64,000 nt of DNA, taken from a bacterium (GTDB taxonomy: Bacteria > Armatimonadota > UBA5829). The DNA is taken from contig JAJFUS010000027.1 in NCBI GenBank assembly GCA_021372295.1, forward strand, positions 8,378 through 72,377, in the 5' to 3' direction. The stretch's first letter is position 1, and every line of letters starts with the position of its first letter. A program made the translations under genes and the position numbers. The notes beneath the pieces are model-generated. The model was not told the DNA's origin, did no database searches, and saw only the letters and a program-made list of their open reading frames with translations. Below, piece by piece: positions 34,248-41,933 of this stretch.

Positions 34248-35333
34248 TCAGATGACCTCAAGATAATCCTTGTCCGGCAGATCAGCAAACGGAGCCGTCG
34301 GCAGCGTCTGATACCAATAGGCGACTGACGCTATATCGTCCTGCAATGGAAGATATCTTCCGCCGCTTCGCCATCCAAGCGCTTGAATCGTGACTTTCAA
34401 GTCCTGCTCAAAGCGTATTGGGTCCATTATATGCCACCGGTACATCCCGAACCGCGTCTGAGAGGAATAAGTACCGTCAGGACGTATCACCTGTGGTAGA
34501 CCGGTATGCGGCGTAGTGAACTCGCGATACCCGCCGTTTTCCTTGCCCACGTCAAAGTTGTAAGACCCGCAGAAATAGTCTTCCGTCCCGGTTCCGCAGA
34601 TAGTTGGGAACTCGTCATCGCCATCCATATAGAACTTGATCTCGCCCTCGCCCCACCAACCGGTGTTATTGACGCCCCACGCCATGTAAGTTCCCACGTA
34701 CTGCCCTTGACCTTTGACGCCATCAAGAATGGTATATACTTCCTTGTAAGGCAGCGGATTTGTTCTACGAAACTGCGCGTGAAAATAGGCCGCGTCGTCC
34801 GGTACCAGCGTGAGAGTATAATCAATCTGATAGTAGAGCGTCATCGGCTCGACCGCTATATTGGTCAGAGTGATTTTGCACGATTTGTGGAACGGCATTT
34901 CCCAGTAACAGTTAAACGCGCTTCCTGGGTTCACGCACACCGGCAGTGATGAAACCTGCGCGTATCTGCCCCATCCGCAGGCAAAGAAATCGCCTATCGG
35001 GCATTCCACCGATGGCGTTTCCGAGCCGTCCCAGTATATGCGAAGTATGCTGAATCGCCAGTTGCCGGTGGGTGTCATCCATATATGCTGGATCGCTCCC
35101 GAGTCATTGATGTCGGCCAGAACGCGGCACTCTCCCGGTTCTATCACGATAGACGGAGATACTTTCCATCCTCGTCCAAGGTCTCTGGCAGCGCCCGCCC
35201 CGGTGCCTTCGACGGCCATTCCCCCTTTTCCCTTTTCGCCGGTAAAGTTTTCCGGGCTTATGGAGCGCGTTTTTGCGGATGAAAGTAAAGATATATTGCC
35301 CAAATTGAGTCCTAATCCGTTAAAATCGGCCAT
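34248..35333 (-). CDS. DUF2961 / glycoside hydrolase family 172-like protein
   Basis: MADFNGLGLNLGNISLLSSAKTRSISPENFTGEKG...IQHIWMT...LRIYWDG...PIGDFF are typical DUF2961 motifs. The ATG at 35333 has GGAGA upstream. The longer track ORF reads through an intergenic repeat-like sequence. Confidence 0.8.
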   Translation of the reverse strand: MADFNGLGLNLGNISLLSSAKTRSISPENFTGEKGKGGMAVEGTGAGAARDLGRGWKVSPSIVIEPGECRVLADINDSGAIQHIWMTPTGNWRFSILRIYWDGSETPSVECPIGDFFACGWGRYAQVSSLPVCVNPGSAFNCYWEMPFHKSCKITLTNIAVEPMTLYYQIDYTLTLVPDDAAYFHAQFRRTNPLPYKEVYTILDGVKGQGQYVGTYMAWGVNNTGWWGEGEIKFYMDGDDEFPTICGTGTEDYFCGSYNFDVGKENGGYREFTTPHTGLPQVIRPDGTYSSQTRFGMYRWHIMDPIRFEQDLKVTIQALGWRSGGRYLPLQDDIASVAYWYQTLPTAPFADLPDKDYLEVI

Positions 35334-35503
35334 TATTGTCTCCAAAAAAGCTGAAAGCTGAGGGCTAAGAGCCCAGACTTGTGTCAGCCCCTGCTCCTTC
35401 TCCTGGGGGAGAGGGCCGGGGTGAGGACGCAACGTATCAACAATGAGTTCGCCAAACCCTGATCGTTATCATCCAATTATTTGATGCGGAATATCCTTGA
35501 TGT

Positions 35504-35541
35504 TTGACGCAGCAGGGATATTTGGTTATAATACCAAATAT
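35504..35541 (+). promoter_or_regulatory. Sigma70-type promoter (TTGACG-17-TATAAT) with a 9-bp inverted repeat straddling the -10; candidate ArsR operator
   Basis: TTGACG is at 35504-35509 and TATAAT at 35527-35532. ATATTTGGT (35518-26) and ACCAAATAT (35533-41) flank the -10 hexamer. Confidence 0.55.
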
Positions 35542-35557
35542 GGGGGTGCAACCAGAT

Positions 35558-35869
35558 ATGAACAGGCGAGCATACGAAGAGAGAGCGAAAATAATAAAGG
35601 CCCTGGCGCATCCCAGCCGGCTCATGATGGTCGATGCCATGGTGGACGGCGAAAAGTGCGTCTGCGAACTGCGTGACCTTGTTGGCTCGGATATGTCGAC
35701 TGTCTCCAAACATTTGTCACTCTTGAGAGAGGCCGGAATAGTCGATGACCGTAAAGTTGGTCAGCAGGTTTTTTACGGTCTGCGTTGTCCTTGCATTGTG
35801 AGCTTTTTCGGCTGTATCGAGGCGGTAATGAAATCCAATGCAAAAGATAAAATGGAACTAGTTGGATAG
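35558..35869 (+). CDS. ArsR/SmtB-family metalloregulator
   Basis: ...IIKALAHPSRLMMVDAM..GEKCVCELRDLVGSDMSTVSKHLSLLREAGIV... is a winged HTH with the CVC motif of arsenite-type ArsR. There are extra C-terminal Cys residues (CPC...GC). The start was chosen downstream of the mapped promoter. Confidence 0.85.
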   Translation: MNRRAYEERAKIIKALAHPSRLMMVDAMVDGEKCVCELRDLVGSDMSTVSKHLSLLREAGIVDDRKVGQQVFYGLRCPCIVSFFGCIEAVMKSNAKDKMELVG

Positions 35870-35978
35870 GCCCTGCGTATATTTAAGTGTTGAGCTCGAG
35901 GGAGCTTCTCTTTTTTGTTACACATTTGGTAATTTAGCCAATACACCAACAAGCGCGACTTTATATTGGAGGACAGTA

Positions 35979-36215
35979 ATGAAGAAAATCCAGATTCTGG
36001 GCACCGGCTGTGCGAAGTGCAAGACTCTTTACGAAAATGCGAAAAAGGCGGTCGAAGAGACCGGAGTGGAAGCCGAGATCGAGAAAGTCGAGGATATCAA
36101 GGACATCATGAAATTCAACATACTGATGACTCCCGGCCTGGTGGTCGATGGTGAGGTCAAGGCCGCCGGCAGAGTGTTGTCGCCCGAAGATATCAGGAAG
36201 CTTTTGGTAAGCTGA
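35979..36215 (+). CDS. Small thioredoxin-fold protein (redox-active disulfide protein 2 / Thioredoxin_3 type)
   Basis: MKKIQILGTGCAKCKTLYENAKKA...ILMTPGLVVDGEV... It is 78 aa with a CxxC motif. GGAGGA lies upstream. Confidence 0.8.
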   Translation: MKKIQILGTGCAKCKTLYENAKKAVEETGVEAEIEKVEDIKDIMKFNILMTPGLVVDGEVKAAGRVLSPEDIRKLLVS

Positions 36216-36227
36216 GGAGGCCTTGAA

Positions 36228-36605
36228 ATGTCCAAAGAACTGCCCGGCCTGATAATGTGCGTCTGCACCGGCAAATGCCCCGGATTTTCCAAGATGGATA
36301 TATGGGACTTCATCAACCGTGTGCGCGTCGAGCTTCCTGTGGAATACGCGTTCATTCATCCACAGCTCTGTGAAGAGGACGGCGACAGGTTCCTTGCCGA
36401 CCTGCTGAAATCGGGTCGCAAACTGGTGATTGCCGGATGCGCGCCCAATATGCAGTACAAGATGTTCCGCGATGCATTTGAGACTGTCGGTATGGATGTC
36501 AAAGTGGATATGGTTCCGCTGGATATTCGTGACATGTCGACTGACGAGGCCGTCAAGAAAGTCTCGAAGGCACTTGTCGAGATGGGAGTAGAGCACGATG
36601 GCTGA
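36228..36605 (+). CDS. Cys-rich small protein, divergent DGC-like / MvhD(FlpD)-like fold (uncertain)
   Basis: LIMCVCTGKCPG...PQLCEED...LVIAGCAPN... is co-linear with the DGC paralogs downstream but has AGC instead of DGC and lacks the fourth Cys. Confidence 0.4.
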   Translation: MSKELPGLIMCVCTGKCPGFSKMDIWDFINRVRVELPVEYAFIHPQLCEEDGDRFLADLLKSGRKLVIAGCAPNMQYKMFRDAFETVGMDVKVDMVPLDIRDMSTDEAVKKVSKALVEMGVEHDG

Positions 36606-36885
36606 CGACACTTTCATGGGCGTGAAGCGCGATAAGATAGACTGGTCTCCAACCATCGATTACTCCAAATGCGATTTTTGCATGGAGTGCGACAAGTTCT
36701 GCCCGCACCATGTTTTCGAGCGGCGCGACGATGATCCGAAGCTGGTGGTTGCAAACCCGCACAACTGCGTCGTTTTTTGCAGAGCGTGCGCGAAGACATG
36801 CGGGCCGGACGCGATATCGTTTCCAAGCAAGCCCGAGACCATCGCGGCGATCAAGAAAATCCGCGAGCAGGAGGATGGGCAATGA
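36598..36885 (+). CDS. 4Fe-4S dicluster-type ferredoxin
   Basis: CDFCMECDKFCP (CxxCxxCxxxCP) and CVVFCRACAKTC. It overlaps both neighbouring genes (8 nt and 4 nt). Confidence 0.8.
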   Translation: MADDTFMGVKRDKIDWSPTIDYSKCDFCMECDKFCPHHVFERRDDDPKLVVANPHNCVVFCRACAKTCGPDAISFPSKPETIAAIKKIREQEDGQ

Positions 36886-37724
36886 AACGCGCGGTGCTGC
36901 CATGTAACGGGTTGGACAAAGCATTCGGTGTGCTTGCTCGTGAGCTGGCTTTGAAGCTCTCTGAAACTCAAGGCGCGCAGATAATCTGTCCGGTGCTGCT
37001 GAACAATTCTCCAGCTAGATATGAGAATACTCTGGCTGAGGCTGATCTTCTGGTTATAGACGGCTGCCCGACACGCTGCGCGACAAAACTCGCCAACAAA
37101 CTGGGATTAAAGATTGACGATAAGCTGCTGGTGTCCGAGCAGGCGAAGAGTTCAGGGCTGGAAGTCGGGAAGTCGCTGAGACCTGGACCGCTGGGAATTC
37201 AGTTGGTTGAAATTATGGCCAATGGGCTTTCCGCGTCAAAAGAGAAGTCGGCAGAATCGGTCGCATCCGATGTTTTTGAATCTCCGGGCGACTTCCTGAC
37301 CGTCACCTACGACAAATTCGTCTTCAAGATACCCGTAGAGGGCTACCTGTTCAATGAGAATGACTGCTGGGTTCGAGTAATCGGCGACAGAGCGCGAGTT
37401 GGGGTGTCGGACTTTGTTCAGCAGAATATGACCGATATTACCTATTTTGAACCGGCGCAGCTCGGCGCTGAAATCGAGCAGTTCGATGAAGTCGGATCGC
37501 TTGAGTCGGGCAAGTCGATGATGGATGTATTATCACCAGTTTCGGGCGTGATTGTTGCGGTCAACACCCAACTTTCCGACAATCCCGAACTAGTAAATGA
37601 AGATCCATACGGCAAGGGTTGGATCGCAGAAATAAAACTTCGAGACTTTGATTCGGACAAAGCGCTGCTTATTGACGCCTATGCTTACTCTAGGGCCGTC
37701 GAAAAGAAAGCCGCCGAAGCATGA
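36882..37724 (+). CDS. Fusion protein: N-terminal DGC (putative Zn-binding, four-Cys) domain + C-terminal GcvH-like lipoyl-carrier domain
   Basis: DGC part: LPCNG...IICPVL...VIDGCPTRCA. GcvH part: ...VRVGVSDFVQQ...GSLESGKSMMDVLSPVSGVIVAVN...PYGKGWIAEI, with the lipoyl-Lys motif ES(V/G)K...SPVSG conserved. Confidence 0.75.
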   Translation: MKRAVLPCNGLDKAFGVLARELALKLSETQGAQIICPVLLNNSPARYENTLAEADLLVIDGCPTRCATKLANKLGLKIDDKLLVSEQAKSSGLEVGKSLRPGPLGIQLVEIMANGLSASKEKSAESVASDVFESPGDFLTVTYDKFVFKIPVEGYLFNENDCWVRVIGDRARVGVSDFVQQNMTDITYFEPAQLGAEIEQFDEVGSLESGKSMMDVLSPVSGVIVAVNTQLSDNPELVNEDPYGKGWIAEIKLRDFDSDKALLIDAYAYSRAVEKKAAEA

Positions 37725-37785
37725 TCTTATGCTGCTCCATATCCTGGGGGAGATGAAGCAGCATAGTATTTGAAAGGACTATGAA

Positions 37786-38196
37786 TTGACAACTGACACA
37801 GGCAAACGAAAAATCATAGTAATGCCATGCAGCGGCATCGGCAAAGTTCACGGCCTTATCGCTCGTGAGGCGACCTACGCCGTCGCCGATGAGATGGAGA
37901 ACGTCGAGACTATGTGCCTGGCGCTATTGGTTTCAGGCGACGAAGAAGCTCTGGCAAAACTCAGAAAAACCGACTGCATAGCGATAGACGGCTGCCCGAA
38001 GCTTTGCGCGGCCAAGAATGTGGAAATGGCAGGAGGCAAAGTAGTCAGGTCGATCCGTGTGGTCGATTCGTTCAAAAATCATCGCGGAGCCGAGCCCGGC
38101 ACGGCAACCACGCTTGCCAATGACGGCTGGACGATAGTTCAGGAAATAACTGGAGATATAACGGGCTGCGGATGCTCGGAAAGCGAGGTGAGCTAA
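37786..38196 (+). CDS. DGC-domain protein (paralog 2; TTG start)
   Basis: IIVMPCSGIGKVHG...TMCLALL...IAIDGCPKLCAAK. The C-terminal tail carries GCGC. Confidence 0.7.
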   Translation: MTTDTGKRKIIVMPCSGIGKVHGLIAREATYAVADEMENVETMCLALLVSGDEEALAKLRKTDCIAIDGCPKLCAAKNVEMAGGKVVRSIRVVDSFKNHRGAEPGTATTLANDGWTIVQEITGDITGCGCSESEVS

Positions 38197-38197
38197 T

Positions 38198-38881
38198 ATG
38201 TCCGACGGCGATATCAAGGTTGGGATCATTTCATGCAGCGGTGAGGAGATACCTGAAGGCACAATCTCCCGCCTGGCGACGCGAAGGGTTCTGGAACTTA
38301 TGCGGCCAGACAATACCGTGACAATCTGTCTGCCGTTATTCCTGGCTGGAAATCAAGCTGAACAGGAATTTGCCAAGAAACATCCGACCATAACCGTGGA
38401 CGGCTGCGACAAACTCTGCGCCAAGAAAGGCACCGAAAAGCATAGTGGGCCGGTAAGCGCTGCGCTGATTGTGTCGGATATACTCAACGGCGACTGCGCC
38501 TGTTGTGCTCGTTCGGCGAAGGATCGCACTGAGAGTGATAAGGCAGCTATCTGGACTGTCTCCGAGGAGATCGCCAAAGCAGTAGATTCGATTATCGCCA
38601 AAGATGCCTGTTGCGGTTCGGCAGATGCGGACGACGGTGCGGCCTGCGCGTGTTCAAAGCCGGTTCCCGGAATAGAGATCCAGGTCGACGGCAAGCCGGT
38701 CACCGTCGCCGGACTCGCGCTTATATTCGATCATCTGGCGGAAAATGGCCTTGCCGCCGACGATTCGTGTGGCGATAAGCTGCTCGAGACCGTTCGCATA
38801 TATCATCCGATCGAACCTGAAGAAGAGGATGCATATAAGGCAGCACTGATATCGGCATACAAAACACACAGGAGAATATAA
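38198..38881 (+). CDS. DGC-domain protein (paralog 3) with a Cys-rich C-terminal extension
   Basis: GIISCSGEEIPEG...TICLPLF...ITVDGCDKLCAKK, then ...CACCARS...DACCGS...ACAC... Confidence 0.7.
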   Translation: MSDGDIKVGIISCSGEEIPEGTISRLATRRVLELMRPDNTVTICLPLFLAGNQAEQEFAKKHPTITVDGCDKLCAKKGTEKHSGPVSAALIVSDILNGDCACCARSAKDRTESDKAAIWTVSEEIAKAVDSIIAKDACCGSADADDGAACACSKPVPGIEIQVDGKPVTVAGLALIFDHLAENGLAADDSCGDKLLETVRIYHPIEPEEEDAYKAALISAYKTHRRI

Positions 38882-39441
38882 TGAAAATCAAGTGGCTCAG
38901 ATTATTTGCAGTTATTTCGTTGATCGCCGCAATAGGGGTGAGCGCTCCGGTTTATAGTGCGCAGAAGAAAGCTGCAGCAAAAGTGAAGACCGGCGCGGTA
39001 TGCTCAAAGCCGGCTCCGGCAAAGAGCGTAAAAAAGTCCACGACAAAAAAGAACGCTTCAAAAGCTAAAGCCAAAGCAACCAAGAAACACGCTGCAAAGA
39101 AGTCGGCAACAAAGAAGAAAACCATTAAGGCAAAGCCTGCAGCATCTGTTTCGAAGGCTCTTCCGAGGTTGCTTGATCTGGGAGCGACCAAGTGTGTCCC
39201 ATGCAAGATGATGGTTCCTGTTCTGGACGACTTGAGCAAGGAGTATAAGGGTAAACTCAAGGTCGATTTCATCGATGTGTGGAAAGATCAGTCCGCTGGT
39301 GAGAAATACAACGTCCAGAGCATCCCTACTCAGATATTTTTCGATGCTAAGGGCAAAGAAGTCTATCGTCATGTCGGTTATTTCCCGAAAGCAGACATTT
39401 TGAAAGCATTCAAAGATCACGGAATCAAACTCACCAAGTAA
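38881..39441 (+). CDS. Exported thioredoxin (CVPC) with a Lys/Ala-rich linker
   Basis: It has a signal peptide (LIAAIGVSAPVYSA), a basic KKxAxK linker and a thioredoxin domain: LDLGATKCVPCKMMVPVLDDL...VQSIPTQIFFDAKGKEVYRHVG. Confidence 0.85.
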   Translation: MKIKWLRLFAVISLIAAIGVSAPVYSAQKKAAAKVKTGAVCSKPAPAKSVKKSTTKKNASKAKAKATKKHAAKKSATKKKTIKAKPAASVSKALPRLLDLGATKCVPCKMMVPVLDDLSKEYKGKLKVDFIDVWKDQSAGEKYNVQSIPTQIFFDAKGKEVYRHVGYFPKADILKAFKDHGIKLTK

Positions 39442-39455
39442 CAGGAGAGATTGCT

Positions 39456-39611
39456 TTGAAGCCTTATGTGAAGTTATTATTGGTGGTGGCTGTTTTTGCG
39501 CTTTGGGTGATGCTGAACCATCTGTCCAGCAAGAATGCGCCGGAGGCGTCGAGTGGCTGCTGTTGCGACGGAGGAAGTTGCCCCATCACTTCTCCGGCGA
39601 CACCCAAGTAA
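39456..39611 (+). CDS. Unannotated 51-aa membrane peptide with a C-terminal GCCCDGGSCP motif (TTG start; GTG at 39468 is an alternative)
   Basis: Hand translation: (M)KPYVKLLLVVAVFALWVMLNHLSSKNAPEASSGCCCDGGSCPITSPATPK. AGGAGAGA lies 5 nt upstream. It is below the 60-aa cutoff of the ORF track and fills the gap between two thioredoxin genes. Confidence 0.55.
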   Translation: MKPYVKLLLVVAVFALWVMLNHLSSKNAPEASSGCCCDGGSCPITSPATPK

Positions 39612-39649
39612 CCCAATATCAAATACTCTGATTAAGGAGTCCAGGTCGT

Positions 39650-40561
39650 ATGAAAACATTACTTTCTATACTTGCACTGACTTTGTCATGCGTTACGTGC
39701 GCAGTTGCGGATACAGCGGTTGTTACCGTCAAAGACACGTATCCGACCCTTACAAGCGGTGCGCTTGCGTCAGCGAGGCTTGTGGAACTTCCATCCGGCA
39801 CGATATTGCGCTCAGGGCAGATCAATCTCACACAGAAAGACCTGGATGCCGAGATAGCCAAGTCGCCCGAGGCAATACGCTCGCAACTCAAGCGCAACCT
39901 GTTCTTCGTGCTGGAGAACAAGGCTACGCAGGATTTCCTGGAGTATGAGGCTGACGCTTGGACCAGGCAAAACAAAACACATTCAAACCTCAATCAGGAC
40001 GATCTCGTAAAATCATATCTGTCGAGTCTAGCCGACAAATTAACGGTCAGCGACGAAGAAACCAAGGCTTTCTTCGACAAGAACGCCGACATGATGGGCG
40101 GCGCGACATTCGATCAGGTAAAAGATCAGCTCAAGGACTATGTTCTGGATCAGAAGCGTCAAGATGCAATAGACGCTCACATTGCATCAATGGGCACAAG
40201 ATACGAGATCGATGTAGACAATAGTTGGGCTGCAAAGCAATACTCTGCAGCAATTGACAATCCGATAGACAAGGCAAGGGTGTCAGGTAAGCCCACAATG
40301 GTAGATCTCGGCGCTGACGGCTGTCGCCCGTGCGATATGATGACTCCGATCCTGGAATCGCTGAAAAGTGAATATGCCGGAAGAGTAAATGTGCTTTTTG
40401 TGCACGTGCGCAAGGAGCAGGTTCTTGCGGCGCGTTATGGCGTGCAGTCGATTCCGGTGCAAGTCTTTTTTGACAAGGATGGTAAGGAAGTTTATCGACA
40501 CCTTGGATTTTTCCCAAAAGACCAGATAGTCGCGAAACTCGCCGAGATGGGGGTTAAGTAA
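39650..40561 (+). CDS. Exported two-domain protein: SurA-N/chaperone-like N-domain + thioredoxin (CRPC)
   Basis: It has a signal peptide. The C-terminal 110 aa (MVDLGADGCRPCDMMTPILESL...VQSIPVQVFFDKDGKEVYRHLG) are paralogous to the 38881 thioredoxin. Confidence 0.8.
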   Translation: MKTLLSILALTLSCVTCAVADTAVVTVKDTYPTLTSGALASARLVELPSGTILRSGQINLTQKDLDAEIAKSPEAIRSQLKRNLFFVLENKATQDFLEYEADAWTRQNKTHSNLNQDDLVKSYLSSLADKLTVSDEETKAFFDKNADMMGGATFDQVKDQLKDYVLDQKRQDAIDAHIASMGTRYEIDVDNSWAAKQYSAAIDNPIDKARVSGKPTMVDLGADGCRPCDMMTPILESLKSEYAGRVNVLFVHVRKEQVLAARYGVQSIPVQVFFDKDGKEVYRHLGFFPKDQIVAKLAEMGVK

Positions 40562-40562
40562 T

Positions 40563-41261
40563 TTGGAGCAACTGTTCATTACGTTGTCAAAAGCAATCGA
40601 GGCGTCCGCGCCGATTGCATTGGGCGCTTCACTAATATGGGGTATACTGAGCGTTATCCTGAGTCCGTGCCACCTGTCGAGCATCCCGCTCATCATCGGA
40701 TTTATCAGCGAACAGGGTAAGCTGACGACGCGCAAAGCGTTTGGGCTGTCATTTCTGTTCGGCCTTGGAATACTCGTCACTATTGCGGTCATAGGCATTA
40801 TGACTGCGGCTATGGGCCGGATGATGGGCGATGTAGGCAGATACGGTAACTACGCCGTTGCTGCTGTCTTTTTTGTGGTCGGTTTGCATCTGATCGGAGT
40901 GATACCTATGCCGTTCTCGGGGCCGGGTAATGTCGGTATGCAGCGCAAGGGACTGTTCGCGTCGTTCATACTGGGGCTGGTGTTCGGTGTCGCGCTTGGC
41001 CCATGCACGTTCGCGTATATGGCTCCGGTTCTCACGCTGACATTCAAGGTCTCGGCAACAAACGCCGTATATGCGGTATTGCTGCTTGCCGCTTATGGTA
41101 TCGGGCACTGCTCGGTGATCGTAGCCGCAGGCACGTCAGCGGAGGCGGTTCAGAACTATCTCAACTGGAACGAGAGGTCAAAAGGGACAACTATCCTTAA
41201 GCGTATTTGCGGCGTTCTGGTTGTGTTGGGTGGGATCTACCTGATTTATGTGGCAAACTGA
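40563..41261 (+). CDS. ccdA: CcdA/DsbD-family transmembrane thiol:disulfide electron transporter
   Basis: Six TM segments carry the two conserved membrane Cys motifs (LSPCHLSSIPL and LGPCTFAYMAP). Confidence 0.85.
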   Translation: MEQLFITLSKAIEASAPIALGASLIWGILSVILSPCHLSSIPLIIGFISEQGKLTTRKAFGLSFLFGLGILVTIAVIGIMTAAMGRMMGDVGRYGNYAVAAVFFVVGLHLIGVIPMPFSGPGNVGMQRKGLFASFILGLVFGVALGPCTFAYMAPVLTLTFKVSATNAVYAVLLLAAYGIGHCSVIVAAGTSAEAVQNYLNWNERSKGTTILKRICGVLVVLGGIYLIYVAN

Positions 41262-41910
41262 GCTGGAAATCATAAAATGGTCGGAACCGACAGTCGAGCA
41301 GAATTTGCTAATGGATGAGCGCCTCGCGCGAGAGGCAAAGCAGACGGGCAGACGGGTTCTGCGTTTATGGTGGGGCAGCAACGCCACGGCAGTTCTTGGA
41401 TGTGGTGACAAACCCGAAGTTGCCCTGGATCTCGACGAGTGCGTTCGTCGTGGAATCGGTTGGGTGAAGAGAGTCACGGGTGGTGGAACGGTGCTGCAGA
41501 CGCCCGGAGTGTTCAACTATTCGTATACCGCGCCGGATGGCGGGCGCATGGATATGCAGCGAACGTTCCAACAAGGCGCAGAGCTTATTGTAAACGCCCT
41601 GGCGCGTTTCGGATTAAGCGCGCAGCAGCGTGGAATATCAGATGTTACAGTAGGTAATCTGAAAATTTCGGGAAACGCGCAGGCTCGAAAGTGGCATTCT
41701 GTGCTGCTTCATGGAACACTGTTGGCCGACATAGATCGTAAACTTATGGAGGCAGTACTAAAACATCCGAGTAAGGAACCGGATTATCGAAACGGCCGCG
41801 CTCACAAAGACTTTATTGTCACACTCAATGATCTTGGCGTAACAGCCAATCAGGTGGAAATTGAAAACGTCTTTGCATCGACGGCAATCGAAGTTTTTGG
41901 GCAAATATGA
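41248..41910 (+). CDS. Lipoate-protein ligase family protein (BPL_LplA_LipB catalytic domain)
   Basis: ...LRLWW...RRGIGWVKRVTGGGTVLQ...NLKISGNAQARKW...LHGTLL... matches the LplA/LipB-type catalytic core with the K-x-SG-x-AQ lysine. It overlaps ccdA by 14 nt. Confidence 0.75.
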   Translation: MWQTELEIIKWSEPTVEQNLLMDERLAREAKQTGRRVLRLWWGSNATAVLGCGDKPEVALDLDECVRRGIGWVKRVTGGGTVLQTPGVFNYSYTAPDGGRMDMQRTFQQGAELIVNALARFGLSAQQRGISDVTVGNLKISGNAQARKWHSVLLHGTLLADIDRKLMEAVLKHPSKEPDYRNGRAHKDFIVTLNDLGVTANQVEIENVFASTAIEVFGQI

Positions 41911-41933
41911 TTGTATAATCGAGGTTATGTAAA

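Noticed and set aside
35334-35432. N-terminal 33-aa extension of the GH172 ORF (MRPHPGPLPQEKEQG...)
   Set aside because: The extension reads through a GC-rich repeat-like sequence (…CCTCACCCCGGCCCTCTCCCCCAGGAGAAGGAGCAGGGG…). The internal ATG at 35333 has an RBS and gives the conserved DUF2961 N-terminus.
39535-39948. 137-aa plus-strand ORF spanning the small-peptide region and the start of the second thioredoxin gene
   Set aside because: It is out of frame with the well-supported thioredoxin CDS (39650..40561). It is Arg-rich and has no RBS. The 51-aa frame with a strong SD is preferred.
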